64,000 nucleotides of DNA from positions 9,239-73,238 of IMG/VR virus record IMGVR_UViG_3300047666_000603, one strand, 5' to 3'. Shown here piece by piece: positions 27,526 to 40,100 of this stretch. This stretch comes from a virus. Numbering within the stretch: position 1 is the first letter of the stretch; every line of letters begins with the position of its first letter. The notes below the pieces were generated by a model. It did not search any database and was not told the DNA's origin. It was given only the letters and a program-made list of their open reading frames with translations. The position numbers and the translations under genes were made by a program.

Positions 27526-30500
27526 ATGCAAGAGAGTAAGTCAAACATAATAGACAATAAATTATTCTTCGCTGGAAAAATGAATTTGGACTTAACGCCC
27601 GAACTCCAAAAGAACGGGGAGTACGGCGCAGCGTTAAATATAAACCCTGTAAATTATGCAGGGGGCTTTGTCGGCACTCTAACAAACGTAACAGGTAATG
27701 AAGAGGTGGATTACACCTTTACAGGACTAACAGCAGACCCATTCATAAAAGTGGTGGGAAGTAAGCTAGATGAGAAGCGTAGACGTGTCTATTATTTAAT
27801 ATATGCTCAGAATGCTGGAAGCGACCAATACGCATACATTGTCTATTACTCTTACGACACGCAAGATATTACAACAGTGTTTAGCTCATCCAACCTTCTT
27901 GAGTTCGACCCCAACTTCACTATTTCAGACGTAAACATAATTTACGACGATGAATTGGGTGACACCCTTATGTGGGTGGATAGAAACACAGAGCCAAAGA
28001 GATACAATGTAACAGCGGGAGATAATAGATTCAACAACTACACAGCGGCCACAACAGGATTTACAGTGGGCGACATTGTATTTGCAAACGGAGATGAAAG
28101 CATTTCCGCGATAAGACAGTTTATTCCCTGCCGCGCATTAACAACAACCAACGACTACCCCGCAATAGACTATACAACGGGAGAATTAGACACGGTAGAC
28201 TGGGAAACCCTACCTGTAGGACAATGCTACCCACCATTCTTAGTTGACACCCTATTCTATCAGAAAGTACCTAGCCCTTATTGGAGTCCAAATGGAACAT
28301 TTAGGTATGATGATGGAACGGAAGAAGTGGAGGGTGTAGCTACATTTCTAAGAAGAAAGAGTTATCAGTTTGCTTACGCCTATATTTATTTTGATGGATC
28401 ATTAAGCGAGGTGAGTCCTTTTAGTGAATCTGTTCTTTCTCAAGAATTGACAAGTGCTATATTTACTATTGGAGAGGTAACAGCCAACCCTGACTACCCA
28501 ACACCATCAGGGATAGACGTTAAAGTTCCAATACATTCATTTAGGTACACGGATGTTGATGATGTGGCTTCTGTGACGGAATTTCCCCATGTAATGATAG
28601 CGCGGGTTAAGCTGCTTATTCGGGAAGTTCCTACAGATAGAACACCTACGGATTGGCTTGAGTGGTTAGATATTCCATACGATGAGTTGTATAAATACAA
28701 CCTGTCAAGCTCAAACATATCAGAGGGGTTTCCTGTGGCGGGAGATGCGGGAACGTATTATTACGATTGGTTTTCGGGAAGCTATTCTTCCGCGCCATCA
28801 GGAGAAACAAGCCAAATCACCACTATAACAGCTAGATATGACGGAACTCAAACCCTCATTCCTGTAGATGTAAAATGGGCGTCAACAAACTCTTACGCTT
28901 CGCCAAAAAAAGCAAACAGCCAAGACATCTCTGAGAATAGGACAGTGATGGGCGGAACTACAGACGGAATGAACGTGAGTAGGGATGTGGTGAGTAGTAT
29001 AAGTGATAACATTAGTTTGGATTTATTTACCCAAACCCCTAATATATCAGTAAACCCAACACAAACAGAAATAAACAAATACAACACATCGACAACAAGT
29101 CAGTCTTATAACTCTGGTACAGGCTTGTACACTGGTGTTTTTGATTTGCAAGTCCCGCTAGTTATTGTTAATTTTGATATTCTTTTTCAAGTTGATTTTA
29201 CTCTTGAGTGGAAAACAATCCAATCAGGCACTGTAACAAGCATAACCTTATACAATATTCAAACTAGCGTGTCTGGTATACCTGATGAGTTTGCGACATA
29301 TAAAGAATTTTTAGAATCAACAATTAACGACCAAACCCCGTTCACCGCAATTGTAGATGATGCAACAGGAGAATTAACTATTACAAGGGTGTTTAGCTCA
29401 ACTTTTTCTAACGCATACGATGTAGATATAGTTAGCAACGTGGGCTTTTTCTCTGTAGATACTTATCTCCCATTTAGAACATACAAAAACCACTCAACAC
29501 AACAATTTGGATTTGTATTCAGAGATGAGTTGGGTAGGCCAACACCTGTAATAACGGGGGATTGGGCAACCCTATATATCCCTCACTTTATTAACCAAAC
29601 CAACCAACCACAAATATATGGTGGCTGGATAAAAGGAATAAGTAATTTCACCACGCCTCCCGAAGCTAGGGTGATGGATATTGTAAGGAAGCGTAGCGAA
29701 AGCTTTCAAAACTTCATTCAATTTGCATTAAGCAGTAGCAACACAGTGCAAGAGAATTGGAATTGGGATAGACCATACGTAATAGGCTTTGAAAACCTAG
29801 AGATAGATGACTCTGTCCCTAGCGTTATACCAAGCAACAAAAACCTTTACATAAGTCTAAACTCAGTGAATGGTGGGGATGGAAACGCCTACAACAGCCT
29901 TTTTGATAGCGATATACTTTCATTCCTACCACAAGAAGGTGATGTGCTTAGATTTTTGTACAGGACTGATCAGGATGGAATTATAATTGAAGAGTATAAC
30001 GCCTCATTTAATATTAGTAAATACGACGATAGAACTAATACAATAGTTATTAACTTCGAGGATTTAGAGGAAAACGAGCCTGATTTAGCTGCCTACCTAG
30101 AGGGCTTTATTACAGTGTCTTTTGAATGGACTGTTAGAGTGCTGTGTGAGGTGATACAAAAGCCGACACAATCAGACAATGAGTTTTATTGGGAAACATC
30201 CGCACAACTAAGCTGTACGGATGGAGCTGTAGATATAGATGGAACAGCCTTTCAAGGAAACATCACTATATTTGGAGATACATACCTAAAGCTAAGGGGG
30301 TATTGCGTGACTTACAACTCAGAAAACCCTGCGATAAGTTTTTTCATAAACTTCGTGTTACAAGACTTAAACTTCAATGACTTTGCTCCAACATGGAACA
30401 CAGGACAAGGCCGACCTAACAAACAAGTGAGAAGCTTGCGTAGAGGGCAAAATGAGTACGTTGAGGTGACTAGAGACAACCTACTGAGGTATTCAGAGCA

Positions 30501-31764
30501 AAGCATACAGAACACCGATATAAGACGCTACAACCTCTTCTATGATGAAAACATACAAGAAGTAGATAACGTATACGGAAGAATAGAGAAGATAGACGCA
30601 GACGGTGATGTGCTAAACATCTACCAAGAAGATAAGATGAGTAGGGTGTTGGTGGGGCGTTCCGTGACAACAGAACTTTCGGGCGACCAAAGAATCATAG
30701 CAAGCCAAAACAACGTATTCTCAGACGTAATATACAACAGCTTCAATGGAGGAATAAGCATAGATGGAGACAGCTTCACAAAAAGCGGCTACCAAAAATA
30801 CTTCACAGACTCCAAGAGAGGAAAAGTGTACCGTCAAAGTATGGATGGGGTGACACCTATTAGCGAAGTGGGAATGAGTGGTTACTTCAAAGACATCTTC
30901 CGCAAAGTAAGAAACAGCTTCACAACACCCGTAGTGAGAGGGATAGTGGATGAGAGAACAGACGAATACATTCTAAGCATAACATACAGTGAGGCAGTGG
31001 ATGTAGAAGTGGTGAGCGCAAACTCAGGTATATTCACATTCCAAAAGCCTGATAGCGCGGTGGGCTTCATCACATTTGGTGAGGGGCAGCTTATTCTCAT
31101 AGACCCATCAGCACTCACCACGAAATACTCCCCATCAGAACTAGCGATAGCAGCAAATGAAACAGCCGCAGGAGTAATAACAGTGAGTCAAAATCCATTA
31201 GACCTACTCGTACCGGGTGACATTGTAAGAGCAAGCATACCAAAGAACGAAACCCTTGTATATAGTGAGAGAACAAAAGGATGGACAACATTCTTAGGAT
31301 ACACAGCAGAGTGGCTAGAGGGCGGAATACAGAGTTATCACACCTTCTTTAACGGAGAGATGTGGTTTCACGACCTCGGCAACACAGACTACAACACATT
31401 CTTTGGAACATTACAAGACAGTAGTGTAGTGGTGTATGGAAACAAAGCCCCTGAATTGACAAAATATTGGAGGAACATTTCCGCAAAAACCAAAGCACAA
31501 AACATAGAAATAGGAGAGGGTGGAATTACAACATCAGAAGAGCAAGTGAGCCACCTCCCTGCTACAATGTTTGAAAATCGCGAAGGTTCACAACACGCTC
31601 CATTCTTAGGGGAGGGAACAGGAACAGGCGTAAACATAGGGGATAAATTAAGAGGCCGTTGGGTAAAGACACTCATCACCCTACCTAGTGACGCAGAGGA
31701 CAACCAAGAGTTCAAGCTATTTGGTGTAGCCTTCATAAGCGGAGAGAGTGGATTAACTTATTAG
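27526..31764 (+). CDS. Tail muzzle/stabilisation protein (P22 gp10-like, crAss muzzle)
   Basis: GKMNLDL, GEY..ALN, YQFAYAYIY.DG..S..SPFS, YFTDSKRGKV, GWTTF, REG, LRGRW. Confidence 0.85.
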   Translation: MQESKSNIIDNKLFFAGKMNLDLTPELQKNGEYGAALNINPVNYAGGFVGTLTNVTGNEEVDYTFTGLTADPFIKVVGSKLDEKRRRVYYLIYAQNAGSDQYAYIVYYSYDTQDITTVFSSSNLLEFDPNFTISDVNIIYDDELGDTLMWVDRNTEPKRYNVTAGDNRFNNYTAATTGFTVGDIVFANGDESISAIRQFIPCRALTTTNDYPAIDYTTGELDTVDWETLPVGQCYPPFLVDTLFYQKVPSPYWSPNGTFRYDDGTEEVEGVATFLRRKSYQFAYAYIYFDGSLSEVSPFSESVLSQELTSAIFTIGEVTANPDYPTPSGIDVKVPIHSFRYTDVDDVASVTEFPHVMIARVKLLIREVPTDRTPTDWLEWLDIPYDELYKYNLSSSNISEGFPVAGDAGTYYYDWFSGSYSSAPSGETSQITTITARYDGTQTLIPVDVKWASTNSYASPKKANSQDISENRTVMGGTTDGMNVSRDVVSSISDNISLDLFTQTPNISVNPTQTEINKYNTSTTSQSYNSGTGLYTGVFDLQVPLVIVNFDILFQVDFTLEWKTIQSGTVTSITLYNIQTSVSGIPDEFATYKEFLESTINDQTPFTAIVDDATGELTITRVFSSTFSNAYDVDIVSNVGFFSVDTYLPFRTYKNHSTQQFGFVFRDELGRPTPVITGDWATLYIPHFINQTNQPQIYGGWIKGISNFTTPPEARVMDIVRKRSESFQNFIQFALSSSNTVQENWNWDRPYVIGFENLEIDDSVPSVIPSNKNLYISLNSVNGGDGNAYNSLFDSDILSFLPQEGDVLRFLYRTDQDGIIIEEYNASFNISKYDDRTNTIVINFEDLEENEPDLAAYLEGFITVSFEWTVRVLCEVIQKPTQSDNEFYWETSAQLSCTDGAVDIDGTAFQGNITIFGDTYLKLRGYCVTYNSENPAISFFINFVLQDLNFNDFAPTWNTGQGRPNKQVRSLRRGQNEYVEVTRDNLLRYSEQSIQNTDIRRYNLFYDENIQEVDNVYGRIEKIDADGDVLNIYQEDKMSRVLVGRSVTTELSGDQRIIASQNNVFSDVIYNSFNGGISIDGDSFTKSGYQKYFTDSKRGKVYRQSMDGVTPISEVGMSGYFKDIFRKVRNSFTTPVVRGIVDERTDEYILSITYSEAVDVEVVSANSGIFTFQKPDSAVGFITFGEGQLILIDPSALTTKYSPSELAIAANETAAGVITVSQNPLDLLVPGDIVRASIPKNETLVYSERTKGWTTFLGYTAEWLEGGIQSYHTFFNGEMWFHDLGNTDYNTFFGTLQDSSVVVYGNKAPELTKYWRNISAKTKAQNIEIGEGGITTSEEQVSHLPATMFENREGSQHAPFLGEGTGTGVNIGDKLRGRWVKTLITLPSDAEDNQEFKLFGVAFISGESGLTY

Positions 31765-31778
31765 AGCGTCATTCCTTT

Positions 31779-31814
31779 CAATAACAAACAACAGTGTGAT
31801 AGTGGTTAATTTCG
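31779..31814 (+). promoter_or_regulatory. Putative late promoter CAATAAC-N21-TAATTTCG
   Basis: Motif copy. Confidence 0.65.
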
Positions 31815-31832
31815 CATAAAAGCAAATATACT

Positions 31833-32564
31833 ATGTCTCCTACCGTAATTCCTCTTGCAATTCAGGGCGCAACGTCATTAGCTCAAACAGTGGGTGGGCT
31901 AATAGGCGGAAATAAAGCACGTAAAGAATACGAGAACGCAGAAGTTCCCAACTATTTCGATACAGCAGCCTATCAAACAGCAGAGAGTTCTGCAAATCAA
32001 GCATATAGATACGCCCAAGAAGGACTACCCGAAGCATCAAGACGGATGCAGGAGGATATGATAGGGCGAAGCGGCGCAGCCTCATTAGCCTCTCAAGGCA
32101 GTTTACGCTCAGGAATAGCGGGTGTAGGCCAAACAGCACAATCAATGTCTGATAGTTATCGACAGCTATCAAGTATGGACGCACAGCAGAGAATAGCCAA
32201 TCGCGGCCAATATTTTAGTCAACTCGGCAATCTTCAAGACGCTCAAAACGTACAAGCAGACAGAGAGTATGGGCAGTTCCTAAACCAACAAGCGGGGAGG
32301 CTATCAAGAATGACAGCTAACAGGAACACAATGAACCAAGGGATACAAGGAATAAGCCAAGCGGGAACATTAGCATTTCAAGCAGGGTTAACACCAAAAG
32401 AGTTTGGAGGTTTTCTAGGAAGCGGAAATGGCGGACAGCAATCAATGGGTGGTGGAGTAAACCAAAACGCACAAGGGGGAATGGGCGGATTCTTTAACCC
32501 AATGAACACGCTACTCGGACAAGGATTACAACAGCAAGGGGTATTCCAACTAGGTAAGTATTAA
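31833..32564 (+). CDS. Putative ejection/cargo (pilot-like) protein
   Basis: Gly/Ala/Gln-rich with hydrophobic Gly-rich N-terminus; follows muzzle. Confidence 0.6.
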   Translation: MSPTVIPLAIQGATSLAQTVGGLIGGNKARKEYENAEVPNYFDTAAYQTAESSANQAYRYAQEGLPEASRRMQEDMIGRSGAASLASQGSLRSGIAGVGQTAQSMSDSYRQLSSMDAQQRIANRGQYFSQLGNLQDAQNVQADREYGQFLNQQAGRLSRMTANRNTMNQGIQGISQAGTLAFQAGLTPKEFGGFLGSGNGGQQSMGGGVNQNAQGGMGGFFNPMNTLLGQGLQQQGVFQLGKY

Positions 32565-32567
32565 GAA

Positions 32568-34130
32568 ATGGCAGACGAAGCAAGATTACAACCGTTAATC
32601 CAACAAGCCTACGGAACAGGTGTTCAAGGATTAGACACAAGCGGAATACAAGACGTATTTACTAAAGATGTAGCTAAGAAGGAGAAAGAATACAAGTCTG
32701 CCTTAGATATAGGTAGTGATCTTGGCGCACAATATTACACAAAGATAGGTGACGGGTTAGATTCTATAATAGATGAAGCAACAAGCGGAAACCTAACAGT
32801 GGGTAGCCCTGCTTGGCTCAATAAAGTGGGGAAGCTAAGGAACGCCGCCATTCAAACAAAACAAATACAGGACACCTCAGAAGAAATGGGGAACATATTA
32901 AGAGATAAGCCTGACACAAACATATTTTACTACACCAATGAGAACGGTGAGCAAGTGGCGGGAGGATATGACGACTACCTCACCCAAGTGGATAGCCTTC
33001 TCAGCCAAGACTACGAAAACGTAGGTGAGTTGCAAAACAAACACTCTACATTACTTCAAGGCTTTAAACCTATGAGGCAGGGGTTCACTGAAGGGTATGA
33101 TAGCCTAAGAAATGGCGCACAGGAATTAAGCGTCCTACTGCATAAAGGTGGTGGTACTGAAAGAAGTGTTCCTGTAACATCAAGGGCGGGTAACTCATAC
33201 ACAGCGAGAACAACGTCAACACTTTCTACCGAACAGGTGGAGGGAGCTGTAGCAACATTTGTAGATCAACACGAAGAATTTCTAACAGATGATTATTACG
33301 TAAAGAAGCGTAATGGACAAACAGACGCAACTAGTCCTAAGGAGTACGTTCAAGGGGCTATAGATAGAATGCTTATAAAGACAGCCGCGAGTGAGCAGAA
33401 AGGAACAATACCCACACCGAAGGATGATAAAAGTAAAAGCCTATCAATAAGAAGGTCTGGGAGCGGATGGGAAAACGATGATTTCATGTTTGAAAGGATA
33501 AGTGAAACAGAAGTGGCTGTAAACTCAAAAGGAAATACGGAGCCTAATAAGGTTTGGAGGGGTATTGATGAGTTGGGGGGTGAGGATGGAGCGCAAGGGG
33601 AAAAGAAGAGTTTAACCTCTGTTGTTTTTAAAGATGGAAAGTTTTACGCTAAATTGGTTGGTGAAAACCTATTAGAACCCGTTTTAGTTGATTTTGATAA
33701 GAATGGAAAACTACTAGCTGATTTTTATGGTGTAACAAAAGAGTCTGCTAAAGAAATTTTAGGAATGAGTGATTCGGGAGATGCCACACCGAATAATGAA
33801 ACTATTATGGGTTTAGGTGATCCATTTCCCACTAATCAAGAAATAGACCCTAACGTTGTTGATAATAAGGCGTGGGGGCAAGAGGTGGATGATAAGATAA
33901 GAAGTACTTCTCGTAAATCTAACACTAAAGATGCATCAAAATGGTTGCTAAATATAGACGGTGTTACAAATATTGAAACAAGTTTAGGATACATCACTAC
34001 TGTTACAGTAGATGGGAAAACGTATAATTTAGGAACTGTTCGTGGGGCAGATGAATTAAATACAGTTCTTAGAAGGAAAGCACCAACAGGAACAGGTGAT
34101 ACAAAATTAGTGGGAGGAAATGTAAGGTAA
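32568..34130 (+). CDS. Putative ejection/cargo protein
   Basis: 520-aa ORF in the cargo operon. Confidence 0.5.
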   Translation: MADEARLQPLIQQAYGTGVQGLDTSGIQDVFTKDVAKKEKEYKSALDIGSDLGAQYYTKIGDGLDSIIDEATSGNLTVGSPAWLNKVGKLRNAAIQTKQIQDTSEEMGNILRDKPDTNIFYYTNENGEQVAGGYDDYLTQVDSLLSQDYENVGELQNKHSTLLQGFKPMRQGFTEGYDSLRNGAQELSVLLHKGGGTERSVPVTSRAGNSYTARTTSTLSTEQVEGAVATFVDQHEEFLTDDYYVKKRNGQTDATSPKEYVQGAIDRMLIKTAASEQKGTIPTPKDDKSKSLSIRRSGSGWENDDFMFERISETEVAVNSKGNTEPNKVWRGIDELGGEDGAQGEKKSLTSVVFKDGKFYAKLVGENLLEPVLVDFDKNGKLLADFYGVTKESAKEILGMSDSGDATPNNETIMGLGDPFPTNQEIDPNVVDNKAWGQEVDDKIRSTSRKSNTKDASKWLLNIDGVTNIETSLGYITTVTVDGKTYNLGTVRGADELNTVLRRKAPTGTGDTKLVGGNVR

Positions 34131-34131
34131 T

Positions 34132-37100
34132 ATGGAAGATGAATTAGATGTTGTTTTAAAAGATTATGTTACTACGGCTAATAGTGGTAAGTATGACTCT
34201 TGGGAGGCTATCAATGAAAAGTTTCCCGAACTAAAAGACTACGACCAACAAGCCTTAAAGGATTATGTAAGCACAGCCAATAGTGGGGAGTATAATTCTT
34301 GGGAGGAAATAAACACTAAGTTCCCTGAAATTTTTGAAAGCCAAGGAGGGGCTGATGTGGGAAAGCCGCAGGGCGAAATGGATTCTACGCAGTTGTCGGA
34401 AGAGTCCGTTTCGGATGGTGGTGGATTGACGGAGACAGTTGGTGCTTCGGAGTCACAAGAACCTCCAAAGCAAAAAAAGGATAAATACCTTACAGGGGTT
34501 TTGGGTGATATGGTGGATTCTATGGATAGCCCAATGTCTTCCGTGGGGTGGTTGGGGATGGGTGACTTTATTGATGATATGGCTAGAGCTGTAGGCTCTG
34601 GTTTAGCGCAAGGAGATAAATCATCCGCAGCTAAAAAACTAGCAGAAAATACAGATGAAGAAACAATAGATAGGTTTATAGCAGCCTCGGAAACTGTAAA
34701 TAGTATAGAGCCTTCAGATGAAATGAAGAACTACCAAAGAATATACGAGGAAGAGGGTAGTGGGTTTTATGGTGTAATAAAGGGGTTAGCTAAAAACCCT
34801 AGCGTGGTTTCTGAAATAATGGTAAGTTCTCTTGTCGCTATGGGGTCAAATCCCGAATCAGTAGAAGCTTTTGTTGAGGGTGTCGGCACAGGTACAGCGG
34901 GAGGTGCGGTGGTAGGTTCTGTTGTGCCGGGTCTTGGAACAGCCGCAGGTGCAGCCGTTGGATTTACAGGCTCTATTCCTATTGCTATTGGTGCTGCCAC
35001 TGCCACTTTAGAATACGGAGCTACTTTTGCCGAACTTCTTGAAGAAGAAATAGGCGCGGATATAACGAAGGAAAGCGTAAAGTCCGTACTTCAAGATAAA
35101 GACGCTCTTAATAGAATGAAAAGAAAGGCCGTAATTCGCGGCGTTACTATTGGTGTTATAGACGCTTTGACAGGAAAACTAGCGGGTAGCGTCGGTGTTA
35201 AGATAGCAACAAAAGGAACTAGGGCGGCAAGAGTTGGAGGGGCGGCTACCGCTACAGTTATAGAAGGTGTTGGTGGTTCTACAGGGGAGGCAACAGCAAG
35301 AGCGGCTATTGGTCAGGAAATGGATGTTTCAGATATAGCGTTAGAAGGTATAGCGGAATTTCCAATGGCTATTCCTAACCTAGCGGCAGAAACAGCCCGT
35401 CAAAAAATAACAGTGAAGGACGCGGCAAAAGCCATTTCACCAAAGGCAAAATACACTGTGGCCGACGAAGAAGTGAGTAGAGCTGAATTTATGGAGCTAA
35501 TAAAGGGAGCTACACCCGAAGAGATTGCTCAAATGCCGCTACAGGTGGACAACGACCTTGAGCTAGAGCAGCAGCTAAATGAGACTTTTAATAAAGCAAG
35601 AATAACCACAGATACAAAACAAGCTTACCCTAACCTCTCAGAAAGCGATGTAGATAAGGTGGTGGGATTGCAACGGGAAATAGATGCGTTAGAAGATAAT
35701 AAAACAGAAGCGGGGAAGACGAAGAAGTCAGAACTAAGGGGTCAAGTAAAGGAAATAATAGCACCCAAAGAAACACAAGAGGGTGAATCACGATCAGACC
35801 CTAAAGTAGATAGGTTGAATGAACTGGATGAAAAGGCAAAGTCAAAAGTTTCACAGAAAGGGCTTATTGGAAAACTTGAGGACTTCGTTTTAGGAAAGGA
35901 AGAGAGGGGCTTAACTGAACAAGAGCGAACTGAGAAAGGTCAGCTTAAAGGAGAGGTTCGTCAATCTGCTTACGAATCAAATCCAGATGAATACAACTCT
36001 AGGATGGATGATTTAAACAGAATAGATGATGATTTGAACTCAAATGAGGAGTTTATCAATACAAGGAAGAGGGCTGATGAACTTCAATACAAGGGTAATG
36101 AAGGAAAATTATCAAGACGGGAAGATAAAGAGTATGATGCCATAATTGATAAGCTTGGTAAGTTTTATGCGCCCCACGACAAGGCTTCCGCTGAGTTTGA
36201 TGCATGGGTCAATGAAACAGCAAACAAGAACGCAAAAACAACAAAGGAAGAATTTAAAGCGGGTGACACGGTAGAGCTAGAGGTAACACCGCAAAAAGAA
36301 CAAACAAATGAAAAGCAACAAGAAGAAGGTGGCGTACAGCCCCAAGAAGAAGCCAAGCAAGCCAACGAAGAAGATGGGCGGCAAGAAGAAATAACAACGC
36401 AAGCAGATGGCAAAGAAAAAACAGAACCCCTGTTGGAAGGGATGGGAGATGATAGGAACCAAGAAAAAGGGGGGCAAGACGGTTCCCAACTGCGTCCCCA
36501 AGAAACCGAAGTAGCACCCGCCAAGCAAGTAGAAACACTCCGCGCAAAAGAACAAGCAGAACTACTAAAGGCTATACCCAATATAGAGGAAGCAAGAGTG
36601 GATGGTGAGGTAGATAGAGCCAAACTATCAGAGGCAGACAGAAAGACTTTTGATAAAATCTATGATAAGTACGACAAGCTAATTAGTCCTTTATTGGAGG
36701 AATCCGCACCTAAAAAGCAAAAAACAGAGCAAGAAGAAATAGATAACCTACCCGTTGTAGAGGACGTTCCTGACGGAGCCGTGGTGGAAGGTGAGATAGA
36801 AATGAAGGAAGCCGTGGTTGAGGAAGCCGCCACCAAAGAGACAGAAATAGCAGAGCCTACAACGAAATCAATTCCAACACTTAAAGAAGGAAATGAGGCC
36901 ACCGTTCCCTTAACGGAAAATGTAGAGGCAAAGATAAAGGTTAAGGAACTTCCTGACGGAGAACTTGCGTATTCTATAACAATAGAAAGAGACGGGCAAG
37001 TGATAGAGGATAAGGACGGGAACACAGAGATGGAATTTCTCACCAAAGAAGAAGCCGCCACGCATATAACTAAGAAGCAGAAGGGGTTTAAGTTAGCTAA

Positions 37101-40100
37101 ACAACCAAAAACAACCAAGCCTGTTACGGTGGAGCAAGTGAAAGACACCTATATAGAGGGTGATGAGGTGGAGTTTAGTGTATTTGGGGGAACAGAAAAG
37201 GGAACCATCCTACCAAACGGAAGAGTAAAGTCTAAGAGTGGAACAAACTACAGGATAGGAAGCGGAATAGGTCAAGCCACGATAAATGAAAACCTAGACA
37301 GTGCTTTTCAAAAAGGCGCAAGACAGGCTATTAAGTTCCTTGATGATGTAGATAAAAAACTAGCAAAACAGAGTAGGGAAACATTAGGAATGAACCTACC
37401 CATTGCTATTGCTCAATCCGCTGTAAAGGTAGCTAAAGCGGCTATTAAGGCGGGGGCAACAGTGGCTAATGCAATTGAAAAGGCAATTCAGACAGTGAGG
37501 GATTCGGATTGGTACAAAAACCTATCAACCAAGGAGCAAACACAGGCCGAAGAGGATGTGAAGAAACTATTCAACGCCCCACCGAAATCAGTGCCAACAA
37601 AAGCCGAGGCTAAGAAAATAGTTGATGGGGCTGTGCAGCAATCAGAAGAAGCATTGAGAAGCCCAACCGTAAACCCATTAAACAAGAAGGGAAGGCAGAA
37701 CATCGTTAATAAGCTACGTTCATGGTTCACGGACAGGCAGGGAACCGTTAAGCAGTTTATAAGAAGAATGAACCTCCCAAACGCAGAGGCTTTCCTTATA
37801 AATGCAAAAGGCGCAAGCGGATATGCAAGCAAACTTTATGAGGGGTTTCATAAGTCAATTTACGGGGGGCTAAAATCAGACCTAGCAGAGACGCTAGATA
37901 GAATAATATTCCTACGCAGGGTGGTGCAGATTGACGACTCACGAGATGCAGCGGGAGAACTCCGCGTAAAACACCCAAACAACATCAATAGAGAAATAGC
38001 AATTGTTGAACTTGAAAACTTAAAGGAAGAGCTAGGAGACGAGAAGTACAACAGCCTATTAGAAAGAAGTGACGCTTATTTCGATTCCTTTAGAGAGGTG
38101 TTGAAGATGTCATACAAAGAAGGCTTGATAGATGAGGAGACATACAATAAGTTTAAGGACAACAACTACCAACCGCGTAAGTTTATTAAATACATATTTG
38201 ACCCCAATGTAGGTGAATCACAGAAAAACGCAGCCCTACAGAGATTGGCTAGGGAGAATGGGGTGAGGCAAGAAGTAATAAAGTCGTTAGCAGACGGTAG
38301 TACAGAGGAGATATTCTTAGACTCTCGTTTTCTTTTACAGGCAAGTATAAACTCCCTTACAAAAAGAATAGCACAAAATAAAGCCAATAGAAAGCTAATA
38401 GACGACTACAATAAACTTTCCGAAGAAGAGAAGGCCGAAGCCCCTGAAATGAGACAGAGGAAGCCTATAGCCAAAACAAAGCAAGGTAACTTAGTTTACC
38501 CACAAAATCCTGATGGATATTCAGTGGTGTATTATTACGAAGGCGGTCAGCAGAAGTCATTCTTCTTGCAAGATGATTTGTACGAGCAATGGTATGACTT
38601 TAGTAGTAGTATGAACTCCGATTGGGAGAAAGTTATCAGTACGATTTCAGGCAGTAGGCTATTGAAAGCTATGGCTACGGGGTTAAATCCTTTATTTATC
38701 GCAGCAAACATCCCCCGTGACTTTGGACACATACTTCTTTTTACAGACGCGTATGATAGCGCAAAAGTATTGGGGGTTCCCATTCTTCCTATTAACGCTT
38801 TAAAATTAGCGCGAGACGGAGCTAAGGATTTCTTTGGTTTAATAGCGGGAAATAAAGCCACAACAGACCTTCTTAGTCAAGCGGCGGAAGATGGTATGTT
38901 AATGGATTTCCTTTCTATACAAGGGAAACCTAAAGGCGGTAAGGTTGCTCGATCTGTTGGTGGGGCAAGAAAAATATTACGTGGAGCAGCAGATATGGCG
39001 GCATATCTAGGAGAGAAGTCTGAGATTGCATTTAGGCTTTCGGTTTATCGAAGACAAATAAAAGAACTCTCTAAGGAATTTAAAAAAGAAAATGGATCAG
39101 ACCCGCAGGGGGTGGACTTAGAAAACATTAGGGGTAGGGCAGCGGCTAAAGCGCGAAGTATAATTGACTTTAATCAGGGTGGAACTGTTACTAAATCAGC
39201 AGAGGCGGCTCTTCCATACATAAGCGCAGCCACACAGGGGGCGAGAGTGGCAGCAGACTACATGACAAACCCGAAATCAATTAAAGATTTCATGACTAAA
39301 TCAGCGCAAGCGGCGGGGTTTGTGGCGGGTATCACTTTATATAATCTATCTTATGGAGAAGAAGATTGGGAAAACGTACCAGATTGGGAAAAGTTAAGGT
39401 ATTTTATTTTCCTCCTCCCTTGGAAGGATAAGGATGGAAATAGAGAATACCTACGTCTAGCTAAAACTCAGCAAGCCATTCCCTTATTTAACATAGTAGA
39501 GCATACCACAGAATCACTCATAAGAGAATCAAGGGGTACGGACACGGAGGCAAGCTACCAAATGAGAGAGGATAGAATGGTGGAGTCACTGAAAGAGTTT
39601 ATGCCTGTAAACCCATCGGATGTAGCGTCAAGAAACCCGCTAATCAGTTCAGCAGCATCGTACATAACAAACTACGATCTTTATAAAGATAGACCTGTGA
39701 CAAGAGACTTCAATAAGGTTCTCCCTTACTATGAGGGTGCTAATGACCCGCGAATAGAGGAGTTTTATAAAGCGATAGGGAGAGAAACAGGAATGTCTCC
39801 CGCAAGAGGGAAAGCAGCAATAGAGAAGATAATTACAAGTCCGACAACAAATCCATTAGTGGGTCTTGCATACGCGGCGGGTGAGTCAATAGTGGCAGAT
39901 AAGGATGCTGAAAAACAACTACAGAAGTTTGCTAAAAAAACTTTTGAAGGTGTGTCTAGGAAGTTTTACAGGTCAACATATCCTGAGTGGAAGTCATTTA
40001 AGGAAAAGGAAATTGTTGAATTTTACAAGCTAGAAAACGCCACAGAAAAGAGGAGGATAAACAAAGAGCTAAAAGACATTGCAACGGGTTATTTCTTAGA

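Noticed and set aside
34767-38861. Many antisense ORFs within large structural genes
   Set aside because: Ser/Phe/Leu-rich shadows of A-rich sense genes, without leaders or motifs.
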